Of a stretch of DNA of 64,000 nucleotides, positions 26,648-35,433 are shown in pieces (within the stretch, counting starts at the first letter, position 1; the number at the start of each line of letters is the position of its first letter). The notes under the pieces were generated by a model. It made no database searches. It had not been told where the DNA came from and was given only the letters and a program-made list of their open reading frames with translations. A program made the translations under genes and the position numbers. Source of the DNA: Candidatus Omnitrophota bacterium (GTDB lineage: Bacteria; Omnitrophota; Gorgyraeia; Zapsychrales; Zapsychraceae); contig JAJDCB010000029.1 in assembly GCA_029261065.1 (NCBI GenBank), positions 15,448 through 79,447 on the forward strand, read 5' to 3'.

Positions 26648-27928
26648 ATGAAAACTTCCAAATCGCAAATACATTTCGATAAAGCAAAAAAAGTTCTAGT
26701 CGGCGGCGTTAACAGCCCCGTCCGCTCCTTTAACGGTGTTGGTGGTCAAGCGTTGGTCATGAAGTATGGCCAACGAGAGAAGATGTTTGATGAAGATGGT
26801 CAAGGGTATACGGATTATTGTCTTTCCTGGGGATCATTGATTCTAGGACATGCTCATCGAAATGTTGTTTTAGCTGCCAAAAAAACACTGGAGCGTGGAA
26901 TAAGTTTTGGGACAACGACGCGTGCTGAAATTGATATTGCATCTTTAATTGTAGAACGCGTGCCTTCCATCGATTTAATTCGTTTTGTCAATTCTGGAAC
27001 AGAAGCCACTATGAGTGCTATTCGTTTAGCGCGCGGCTATACACAACGTGATTGTCTAGTCAAATTTGATGGTTGTTATCACGGTCATTTTGATGATTTG
27101 TTAACGACAGCCGGTAGTGGTGTTGCTCAACTTAAGGAATCTTCTTCTGATGGCATTCCTGCCTCGCATATTGAAAATACAATAAGCCTTCCCTATAACA
27201 ATATCGAAACCTTAACGAAAACATTAACTCAACATAAGAATCGTATTGCTTGTGTCATTTTAGAACCTGTTGCGGGTAATATGGGTGTTATTCCCGCGAG
27301 CCAAGAGTTTTTACAAACGCTTCGCGATTTAACAAAGAAGTTTAATATTGTTCTTATTTTTGATGAAATCATGACGGGTTTTCGTACCGCTGTGGGTTGT
27401 GTTCAATCAGAATATAATATTATTCCTGATATGACATGTTTGGGTAAGATTATTGGGGGTGGTTTTCCCATGGGGGCGTATGGGGGACGTGAAGATATTA
27501 TGAAGTGTTTAGCGCCGCTTGGCGGGGTTTATCAGGCTGGAACGTTTTCTGGTAATCCAGCCGTGATGAGGGCTGGATATGCAACGCTTAAGCTTTTAAA
27601 TCAAGATTTTTATTGCAGTTTAAATAAAAGATGCGAAGATTTTAGTAATAAGATAAATGCCTTTTTTAACGATAAAAATTGTGGCGTGCATCTTTCGAGT
27701 TATAAATCTATGATGAGCCTTCGTTTTAGAAAGGAGCCTGTTCTTAACTATAAAGATGCAGGGCAGGCTTCAGGTGGGGAGCGCTACAGCGCGTTATTTC
27801 ATCATTTGTTAAAAGCGGGAATCTATTGGCCTCCAGCTGATCTTGAAGCTTTTTTTGTCAGCGGGGCGCATCGAGAGAAAGATTTGAAATTATTATTTGA
27901 TCAATTGCAGTTATTTTTTAATCCGTAA
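26648..27928 (+). CDS. hemL: Glutamate-1-semialdehyde 2,1-aminomutase
   Basis: GGVNSPVR, FVNSGTEA, YHGH.D, FDEIMTGFR, LGKIIGGG (PLP Lys), QAGTFSGNP; start could be 26636. Confidence 0.96.
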   Translation: MKTSKSQIHFDKAKKVLVGGVNSPVRSFNGVGGQALVMKYGQREKMFDEDGQGYTDYCLSWGSLILGHAHRNVVLAAKKTLERGISFGTTTRAEIDIASLIVERVPSIDLIRFVNSGTEATMSAIRLARGYTQRDCLVKFDGCYHGHFDDLLTTAGSGVAQLKESSSDGIPASHIENTISLPYNNIETLTKTLTQHKNRIACVILEPVAGNMGVIPASQEFLQTLRDLTKKFNIVLIFDEIMTGFRTAVGCVQSEYNIIPDMTCLGKIIGGGFPMGAYGGREDIMKCLAPLGGVYQAGTFSGNPAVMRAGYATLKLLNQDFYCSLNKRCEDFSNKINAFFNDKNCGVHLSSYKSMMSLRFRKEPVLNYKDAGQASGGERYSALFHHLLKAGIYWPPADLEAFFVSGAHREKDLKLLFDQLQLFFNP

Positions 27929-27957
27929 GAAGTATATTCATTAGGAAAGGGGAGAAC

Positions 27958-28353
27958 ATGATGAGGAAGTTAAAAAGTTGTTTGATGGCGTTAATATTGT
28001 CATTAGCCGTATTTACCAATTCTGGTTGTTATGCGGTTGTTCTGGGAGCCGCAGCGGGAGCTGGTAGTGTTGCTTATGTAAAGGGACGCATTGAGAAAAA
28101 TTTTGATCGACCTGTCAAAAAAGTAAACGCGGCAACCTTGTCGGCTTTAAAAGGTCTTGATATTTTTGTCATTTCAGATGAATTAACCACGCATGAATCT
28201 GAAATTAAAGGGGAATATGATGATGGAAAAGAAGTTAAAATCAAAATTATCGCCCTTACAGAAAAAAGTTCTAAAATTACTATTCGCGTGGGTGTTTTAG
28301 GGAATGAAGAAAAATCGCTTGAAGTCCTTAACGCAGTTATAAAAAAGTTATAA
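27958..28353 (+). CDS. DUF3568-like lipoprotein
   Basis: NSG-C lipobox, GAAAGAG..AY..G, IRVG..G. Confidence 0.7.
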   Translation: MMRKLKSCLMALILSLAVFTNSGCYAVVLGAAAGAGSVAYVKGRIEKNFDRPVKKVNAATLSALKGLDIFVISDELTTHESEIKGEYDDGKEVKIKIIALTEKSSKITIRVGVLGNEEKSLEVLNAVIKKL

Positions 28354-28448
28354 ACAGATACTAGTCGTTTTTGAAGGTTAGCTAGAAATTGATTTTAATA
28401 AAAAAGATCCAGTTCTAGTTAACCTCTAGAGCGTTGTGATTCTCAAAT

Positions 28449-29159
28449 ATGAATGAGCTTTCTGAAAATTCTTATATTTCAGTTATAATTCCTGCCTTCA
28501 ACGAAGAAGTCTCCTTACCCAAAGTCATCAATGACATTCCCAAAAATATTGTTAAAGATATTATTGTCGTTAACAATGCCAGTACAGATAATACTCCTGA
28601 AGTGGCTCGTAACATGGGATGTATTGTCGTTGAGGAGCTTAAAAAGGGTTATGGACAAGCGTGTCTTGCTGGAATTGCTGCCTTAAACCCTAAAACAGAC
28701 ATTGTTGTTTTTTTAGATGGTGATCATAGTGATCATCCTGAGCAAATGCAAAAACTCATTGATCCTATGGGTCGAGACGGTATTGATTTTGTTATTGGAT
28801 CACGTGCTTTAGGAGAAAGAGAGCGGGGAGCAATGGCTCCTCAGGCTTTTTATGGCAATAAGCTTGCGTGTTTCTTAATGAAATTGTTTTGGGGCTACAC
28901 GTACACAGATCTCGGACCATTTAGAGCCATTAATTATCAAGCCCTTAAGCGTTTAAATATGATCGATCAGGATTTTGGCTGGACAATCGAAATGCAGATT
29001 AAAGCGATTGAATGTGGTTTAAAAATTAAAGAAGTCCCTGTCGATTATCGTAGACGTATAGGTAAATCTAAGATTTCAGGTACATTTAAAGGAACGCTTT
29101 TAGCAGGTGAGAAGATATTGCGTACTATTTTTAAGTATAAATTTTTCGTAAAAAAGTAA
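28449..29159 (+). CDS. Glycosyltransferase family 2 (polyprenol-phosphate sugar synthase-like)
   Basis: IIPAFNEE, GYG.AC, FLDGD, TDLGPFRAI, GWTIEMQ, SKISG. Confidence 0.9.
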   Translation: MNELSENSYISVIIPAFNEEVSLPKVINDIPKNIVKDIIVVNNASTDNTPEVARNMGCIVVEELKKGYGQACLAGIAALNPKTDIVVFLDGDHSDHPEQMQKLIDPMGRDGIDFVIGSRALGERERGAMAPQAFYGNKLACFLMKLFWGYTYTDLGPFRAINYQALKRLNMIDQDFGWTIEMQIKAIECGLKIKEVPVDYRRRIGKSKISGTFKGTLLAGEKILRTIFKYKFFVKK

Positions 29160-29165
29160 TCTAAA

Positions 29166-30725
29166 ATGACAGACCACTTGAATAAAAAGATTGTCTTACT
29201 GGGAACCCTCTCAACCCTAATTTGGGTTTTTGTGATGATGATGTCTAAGGGATTGCCTGTGTTTTTTTGTCAGTGGTTAGATGCTATTTCCTTTCAGATG
29301 TTGACCAAAGAAATTATGCAAATGACTCATGGTTTTTATTATCAGGTCAACAACAATGATATGCCTACCGTTATTTATATCGGTTTTTTTATGATATGCT
29401 TTTTAATTATGCTTTATTTAGTGCGACGTCTTGAGAAGAATAAAAGACAAGATTTTGTTTTGGGTTGGATTGTATTGTTTTCCATACTCTTTCGCTGTGT
29501 CTTACTTCCTGCAGAACCTATCCATGAAAATGATTTTTACCGGTATCTGTGGGATGGAAAATCAGCCAATCACGGTATAAACCCTTTTAAATATGCTCCG
29601 GCTGATTTATCAATCTATGAAGCTCAGCTTAATGAAGATTTCTTAGATTTTGACAGCGAGGAGGTTCAAGAAATAAAAGAATTTAGAGAAGATGATTTTA
29701 AAAAACTGGATCATCTTATTGAATTACGCGATCAGAATTACCTTTTTTATGAGCGTATCGGGCATCAAGAAGTACCAACCATTTATCCACCTGTAGCCCA
29801 AGGAATCTTTGCAGGCATCACATTCTTATGGGAAGATCACTTTGTTTTTATGAAGATAATTTTTATGCTTTTTGATATAGGTGTGATATTTCTTATCATC
29901 GCTTTATTGTCGCATCTTAAATTAAATCCCTGCATGGTTATTATTTATGGTTGGTCGCCATTAGTTTTAAAGGAATTTGCTATCTCCGGACATTATGATT
30001 CTATCCCGATATTTTTTACCACTTTAAGTTTGTTTTTATTAGTAAAAGGCAAACAGTTAGGAGGCTCTGTGTTTTTGGCCATGGCTGCGTTATCAAAGTT
30101 TTTCTCAGGGTTATTGTTGCCCTTGTACTTTCGAAAAATGAAGTTTATTTATCTTTTTTGTTTTGCTCTTATTTGTGTGGTGTTTTATGTGCCCTATGTG
30201 CTTTGGAATGATACAGGTCTTCATGGCGTTTTTAAAGGGTTACATGTTTATAATCAAGAATGGAATTATAACTCTAGTGTTTTCGCGGGCGTTTATCTAT
30301 TGTTAGATAAGTTCATGCCGCAACTAACAAATGAGCTATTAAACGTTAAATTAATTGTAGCGGGGATATATGGCTTGATTGTCTTAACAATGGCTGCTAT
30401 CGCGCATCGAAACGATTTAGACTTTTTACATAAGTGCTTCCTTGCTATAGCTTTACTGTTTATTTTTAACCCAGTAGGAGATCCATGGTATTTTTGCTGG
30501 GCGATTCCATTGTTGTGCCTTTTTCCTTATAGATCTTGGATTTGGTTGTCTGGTTTATTAATTTTGAGTTATTTGAATTTTCATAGTGATTTGGGTGTTA
30601 TTAATGATAGATGGTTAGATATTCCAATAATCAGTTGGGTCATATACATACCTTTTTTCTTATATGTATTATTTGAGTTAGTGACAAAAAAATGTAAGGT
30701 TAATGATATTTTGACGACTAAATGA
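29166..30725 (+). CDS. Integral-membrane GT-C glycosyltransferase (GT87-like)
   Basis: ENDFYRYLWDG, PTIYPP, GHYD and PWY motifs; more than 10 TM segments. Confidence 0.75.
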   Translation: MTDHLNKKIVLLGTLSTLIWVFVMMMSKGLPVFFCQWLDAISFQMLTKEIMQMTHGFYYQVNNNDMPTVIYIGFFMICFLIMLYLVRRLEKNKRQDFVLGWIVLFSILFRCVLLPAEPIHENDFYRYLWDGKSANHGINPFKYAPADLSIYEAQLNEDFLDFDSEEVQEIKEFREDDFKKLDHLIELRDQNYLFYERIGHQEVPTIYPPVAQGIFAGITFLWEDHFVFMKIIFMLFDIGVIFLIIALLSHLKLNPCMVIIYGWSPLVLKEFAISGHYDSIPIFFTTLSLFLLVKGKQLGGSVFLAMAALSKFFSGLLLPLYFRKMKFIYLFCFALICVVFYVPYVLWNDTGLHGVFKGLHVYNQEWNYNSSVFAGVYLLLDKFMPQLTNELLNVKLIVAGIYGLIVLTMAAIAHRNDLDFLHKCFLAIALLFIFNPVGDPWYFCWAIPLLCLFPYRSWIWLSGLLILSYLNFHSDLGVINDRWLDIPIISWVIYIPFFLYVLFELVTKKCKVNDILTTK

Positions 30726-30778
30726 CAGTATTTTTAGAAAACGGAAAATCATAACAATATTTAGCTCAGGAGAAAGTA

Positions 30779-31570
30779 ATGAAAAATTGGCATGTCGTTG
30801 TTATTTGTTCATTGGGTCTTTTTTTGATATCTTGTAATCAGCCGACTAAAGTGTCTTCTCAGGAAAAGGTTGTTAGCTCATCAAAAATACTCGTTGACTA
30901 TAATATTTGGAATAATGTCTTAAGGACATACGTTAATGATGAAGGGCTGGTGAATTATGATGGTCTTAAGGCGAATCGTGGGAAGCTCGATCAATTCGTT
31001 GCTCAAGTGAAAACGGCAAATATAGACTCATTAAGCTCAAATGAAAAAAAGACGTTTTGGATTAACGCCTATAATGCTTTAACCTTAAATCTTATTGTTG
31101 ATAATTATCCTCTAAAATTTGGTGGGATTCGAACGATTAATTGGGGTAGGCCATGGAGTATTAAGATGAAGGTGGCTAACCAAGATTTGACATTAGGCGA
31201 GATTGAGCATGAGATTTTAAGAAAATGGGATCCCATTGATCCTCGTATTCATTTTGCCATCAATTGCGCCTCTATTGGATGTCCTAAATTACCCAATAAA
31301 CCCTTCTACCCTGAAACCTTGGATGAACAGTTAGAGTTTGAAGCCAAACGTTTTATCAATGATAAAGAAAAAATTCGGTTAGATAAAACTACAAATATCC
31401 TTCATTTCTCGGCTATTCTCGATTGGTTTAAGGATGATTTCTTGGTTGTGGAAGAGGACATCTTAAGTTATATTAAGAGATATCTTAACGAGGAAGATGT
31501 GAACTATTTAGAGAGCCATGAGGTAACATTAAAGGCGTCAAAGTATGATTGGGGTTTAAATAAAAAATAG
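30779..31570 (+). CDS. DUF547 domain lipoprotein
   Basis: Lipobox LIS-C; FWINAYN, DPRIHFAINCASIGCP, YDWGLN. Confidence 0.9.
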   Translation: MKNWHVVVICSLGLFLISCNQPTKVSSQEKVVSSSKILVDYNIWNNVLRTYVNDEGLVNYDGLKANRGKLDQFVAQVKTANIDSLSSNEKKTFWINAYNALTLNLIVDNYPLKFGGIRTINWGRPWSIKMKVANQDLTLGEIEHEILRKWDPIDPRIHFAINCASIGCPKLPNKPFYPETLDEQLEFEAKRFINDKEKIRLDKTTNILHFSAILDWFKDDFLVVEEDILSYIKRYLNEEDVNYLESHEVTLKASKYDWGLNKK

Positions 31571-31580
31571 TACGGATAAG

Positions 31581-32648
31581 ATGAAGGAGAGGGATATGGA
31601 AACGTTTACACATCAAAAAGTATCAGAATATTACGGGAAGGTATTAAAGACAAAAAATGATTTAAAAACAAGTGCGTGTTGCACGTTAGATAAATTGCCG
31701 GTATATGTCAGAGAGCCTTTAAAGCTTATAGAAGATGAAATTCAAACAAAATTTTATGGGTGTGGATCGCCTTTTCCATTAGTGCTGGATGGTATGAAAG
31801 TTCTTGATTTAGGTTGTGGGACGGGGCGTGATTGTTTTGTCCTAAGTTATTTTGTAGGTGAAAAAGGTGAGGTTGTTGGGGTTGATATGACAAAGGAGCA
31901 GCTTGAGGTTGCCCATCGATATACGTCCATTCAGATGGAGAAGTTTGGATATAAGAAACCGAATGTTAAATTTTTTCATGGGTATATTGAAAATCTTCAA
32001 GAAATTGAGCTGCCAGATAATTATTTTGATATTGTTATTTCTAATTGTGTTGTGAACTTATCACCGGATAAACCTTCTGTTTTAAAAGAAGTTTTTCGTG
32101 TTTTAAAAGAGGGGGGCGAGTTCTTTTTTTCTGATGTCTATGCCGATCGTCGTTTGCCTCAGTGGGCGCGTGAAGATCAAGTTCTTTTGGGAGAGTGTTT
32201 GGGAGGGGCTTTGTATTGGAAAGATTTTGAACGGTTGGCTAAGAATACAGGCTTTAATGATCCGCGCGTCTTTGCCTGCTCTAAAATTGATTTACATGAT
32301 CAAGAAACTATTGATAAAATTGGATTTGCACATTTTAATTCTATTACATATCGCCTTTTTAAATTAAAAAATCTTGAAGATGCCTGTGAAGATTTTGGTC
32401 AGGTCGCAACATACAAGGGAACAATTAAAGAAAGCAAGCATCAGTTTATGTTAGATAATCATCACCTCTTTGAAGAGGGAAAGCCGATGCTTGTCTGTTC
32501 GAACACAGCCAGTATGCTAGAAGATACGCGTCTTAATAAACATTTTGATATTGAAGGAGATCTTTCTACACATTACGGGTTATTTGAAGGGTGTGGTGAA
32601 TCTCCTATTGAAAGTGATTCTGATAAACCAGCTGGAGGGTGTTGTTAG
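31581..32648 (+). CDS. arsM: Arsenite methyltransferase (ArsM/AS3MT family)
   Basis: SAM motif LDLGCGTGRD; Cys at all four conserved positions (SACC, FYGCG, SNCV, GECL); C-terminal GGCC. Confidence 0.85.
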   Translation: MKERDMETFTHQKVSEYYGKVLKTKNDLKTSACCTLDKLPVYVREPLKLIEDEIQTKFYGCGSPFPLVLDGMKVLDLGCGTGRDCFVLSYFVGEKGEVVGVDMTKEQLEVAHRYTSIQMEKFGYKKPNVKFFHGYIENLQEIELPDNYFDIVISNCVVNLSPDKPSVLKEVFRVLKEGGEFFFSDVYADRRLPQWAREDQVLLGECLGGALYWKDFERLAKNTGFNDPRVFACSKIDLHDQETIDKIGFAHFNSITYRLFKLKNLEDACEDFGQVATYKGTIKESKHQFMLDNHHLFEEGKPMLVCSNTASMLEDTRLNKHFDIEGDLSTHYGLFEGCGESPIESDSDKPAGGCC

Positions 32649-32666
32649 CTTTAGATCATATATCAC

Positions 32667-33317
32667 ATGCCCATTGATATCATCATCCCCATTCTCAACG
32701 AAGAAAAAATTCTTACCGAAAAAAAAGACTACTATTCCAAACTACAGAAATTTTCCAATGTTGTCTTTGTTGATGGCGGTAGTTCTGATCGTTCTATAGC
32801 AGTGGCAGCCCAGTATGGAGAGGTTATTGAATCAAAGAAGGGACGAGCCTTTCAGAAAAACTTTGGTGCCAAACATACCCAATCCGAATTCCTCCTATTT
32901 TTACATGTTGATTCTTTTATAAATACAAAAAGTCTTAAAAAAATTGTTTCTCTATTAGAAAAGAAGAGTGTGGCTGGATGTTTTCAAATGAAAATTTTAG
33001 ATACGAGATTGATTTTTCGGTTATATGAATGGGCAGTCAATACAAGAGCGAAAACTTTAAAAGTCCTTGATGGCGATTTAGGCTTGTTTATCAGGCGTGA
33101 CGTTTTTGAAGGTTTAAATGGCTATGATCAATTGCCAGTGATGGATGACATTGTCTTTTCTAAACGTTTGCGAGATAAAGGAGAAGTTGCCATATTAGAT
33201 GACGCGATTTATGTCTCTAGCCGTAAATGGCATGAAAGTGGTTTTTATATCACGTTATTTCAATATTCTTGGGCGTATTTGAAACTGTGGTTTGGCATTC
33301 TAAGGCCTTCAAAATAA
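32667..33317 (+). CDS. TIGR04283-like GT2 (rSAM/selenodomain-associated transferase 2)
   Basis: IIPILNEE, VDGGSSD, GRAFQKNFGA, LFLHVD, GDLGLFIRR, SSRKW. Confidence 0.8.
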   Translation: MPIDIIIPILNEEKILTEKKDYYSKLQKFSNVVFVDGGSSDRSIAVAAQYGEVIESKKGRAFQKNFGAKHTQSEFLLFLHVDSFINTKSLKKIVSLLEKKSVAGCFQMKILDTRLIFRLYEWAVNTRAKTLKVLDGDLGLFIRRDVFEGLNGYDQLPVMDDIVFSKRLRDKGEVAILDDAIYVSSRKWHESGFYITLFQYSWAYLKLWFGILRPSK

Positions 33318-33423
33318 AGAGTAAAGCACAAAAAATTGATTATTTCTTGCCTTTTGCTGATATCATTTTATATTATTAATAAGAGATAAATCTTAGATTA
33401 ATCTATCATGATTGGATAAAACA

Positions 33424-34077
33424 ATGAAACTAGAAGACGTAACACAAATTTTATCATTAGCATTTACGAATGCTATACTAGAAATTTTTCAAACAACGGT
33501 TCAAATACCAGTGAAAGAAACGGAAGATGATTGCCTTCCATCTGGAGATATGTCTCTGGTTAGTTCTATTGGGATAACAGGAGGCATTTCTGGGAATGTG
33601 AGTGTCTGTTGTTCAAAAGAGTCAGTAGCTAAGGTTATTTCTAAAATGCTTGGTACGGAGGTTACGGCGGATTCTGAAGATTTGAAAGATGGGCTTGCAG
33701 AGATTGTCAATATGGTTGCAGGCTCAACAAAGAATAAATTGGAAGTCACACGTTTTCTTATAAATTTAAGTATTCCAACAACCTTGATGGGGAATCAAAT
33801 TTGTATAGAAAAGTCTAAGAATACAGAGCTTATTGAGAAAGATTTTGTTAATGATTTAGAAGGTGTTGCAATAAAAACATATTTTGCTTTTAAAATAGTT
33901 CCTGATGAAGAAGCTAAAAAAGCACAAGAGGCTATAGCTAATGCGGGGAATGCTGAGCTTAATGAGATGGAAAGTTTAATGAAATTATCGGAAGGAGCGG
34001 CTTTAGCAGAACTGGCTGAAGAGACTCCGAAAGACGATACACCGCCACCACCAACACAACCACCTCCTGCGAGTTAA
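33424..34077 (+). CDS. cheX: Chemotaxis phosphatase CheX family protein with acidic, Pro-rich tail
   Basis: SIGITGGISG, DGLAEIVNMVAG (ExxN), LSIPT. Confidence 0.8.
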   Translation: MKLEDVTQILSLAFTNAILEIFQTTVQIPVKETEDDCLPSGDMSLVSSIGITGGISGNVSVCCSKESVAKVISKMLGTEVTADSEDLKDGLAEIVNMVAGSTKNKLEVTRFLINLSIPTTLMGNQICIEKSKNTELIEKDFVNDLEGVAIKTYFAFKIVPDEEAKKAQEAIANAGNAELNEMESLMKLSEGAALAELAEETPKDDTPPPPTQPPPAS

Positions 34078-34119
34078 ATATTATATCACCTTTAGATATG
34101 TTCCATTTTTTCTTTGATT

Positions 34120-34527
34120 ATGTCTGCTGAGAGCGAGAATAAAATAAATTCTGTGCGAGTTGACAAATGGTTGTGGTCTGTGCGCATTTGTAAGACGCGT
34201 AGAATTGCTTTGGATTTGTGCAAGAAGGGAAAAGTGTTTATCAATGATCAGCCAGTTAAGCCATCGCGAGATGTTAGAGTAGGAGATATTCTGTCAGTGA
34301 GACGCGACGGGATTTTATTTACTTTTGAGGTCTTAAAATGCATTGATAAGAGGGTTGGCGCACCGATTGCTGAAACTTGCAGAAAAGATAAGACTACTAA
34401 AGAAGAACTCGAAAAAATTGTCATGATTAAAAAGGGGTGGGTTCCGCGTAGAGAAAAAGGTGCTGGTCGCCCTACTAAGAAAGATCGAAGAGATATGGAA
34501 GCTTTTTTGGATCCAGATCGAGAGTAG
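34120..34527 (+). CDS. hslR: Ribosome-associated heat shock protein Hsp15 (S4 domain)
   Basis: RVDKWLWSVR..KTR and GRPTKKDRR. Confidence 0.93.
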   Translation: MSAESENKINSVRVDKWLWSVRICKTRRIALDLCKKGKVFINDQPVKPSRDVRVGDILSVRRDGILFTFEVLKCIDKRVGAPIAETCRKDKTTKEELEKIVMIKKGWVPRREKGAGRPTKKDRRDMEAFLDPDRE

Positions 34528-34535
34528 AATAAATT

Positions 34536-35378
34536 ATGAATAGAACATCAGAACCGGTTAGAGCCCATGATACCCCTTGGCGGGCGAGTCTTTACAAAGT
34601 CATATTTGAAGCTGAAACACCAGCAGGAAAAAATTTTGATGTCGTTTTGTTGTGGGCGATTTTGATAAGTGTGATAGCTGTACTTTTAGAAAGCGTGCAG
34701 TCTATTGGCGCCCAGTATGGGGCTACTTTACGTGCCATAGAATGGATATTAACCATTCTGTTTTCAATTGAGTATTTGGTGCGATGTCTATGTGTTAAAA
34801 AGCCATTTCAATACATGAAGAGTTTTTTAGGCGTCATCGATTTTTTCGCCATTATCCCAACATTTCTCAGTTTAATTATGATAGGAGCGCAATCACTATT
34901 GGTGATTCGAGCGCTTCGTTTGTTGCGTGTTTTTCGTGTGCTTAAATTGGGGCGTTATTTAAAAGAATTTAATATCTTAATCAAAGCCCTAAAGAGTAGT
35001 TACGACAAGATTATGGTTTTTTTGTTTTCAATCCTTACCTTAACTCTCATTGCCGGAACCGTGATGTATCTCGTTGAAGGTGAGTCTAGTGGTTTTACGA
35101 GTATTCCTCGTAGCATTTATTGGGCGATTGTAACGATGACCACGGTCGGTTATGGTGATATTGCCCCAAAAACGGTTCTTGGTCAATGTATAGCCTCGAT
35201 AATTATGATTTTGGGTTATGCTATTATCGTTGTTCCCACCGGTATCTTCTCTGTTGCTCTTACGCGTGCGACATTAGAGGAGGGTTCCAAAAAATATTGC
35301 CCTCATTGTAAGATTTCCGCTTATGGTCACGACGCATATTATTGTCGCATTTGCGGGACAGCCCTGGATCTTGGTTAA
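34536..35378 (+). CDS. Voltage-gated potassium channel (ion transporter)
   Basis: S4 segment RALRLLRVFRVLK, filter TTVGYGD, C-terminal CPHC...CRICG. Confidence 0.92.
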   Translation: MNRTSEPVRAHDTPWRASLYKVIFEAETPAGKNFDVVLLWAILISVIAVLLESVQSIGAQYGATLRAIEWILTILFSIEYLVRCLCVKKPFQYMKSFLGVIDFFAIIPTFLSLIMIGAQSLLVIRALRLLRVFRVLKLGRYLKEFNILIKALKSSYDKIMVFLFSILTLTLIAGTVMYLVEGESSGFTSIPRSIYWAIVTMTTVGYGDIAPKTVLGQCIASIIMILGYAIIVVPTGIFSVALTRATLEEGSKKYCPHCKISAYGHDAYYCRICGTALDLG

Positions 35379-35433
35379 CTCATTTTCCACATCCTAAGTA
35401 GAATCGATTTATTATTGTGCTATAATATGCGCT

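Noticed and set aside
28375-28425. Integron attC site
   Set aside because: Ends do not fit RYYYAAC...GTTRRRY on either strand; no integrase or cassette array.
31581-32648. Classical ars resistance operon or arsinothricin (arsLM) cluster
   Set aside because: No arsR, arsC, acr3 or arsB, and no rSAM directly beside arsM; the neighbours are arsenosugar-type transferases.
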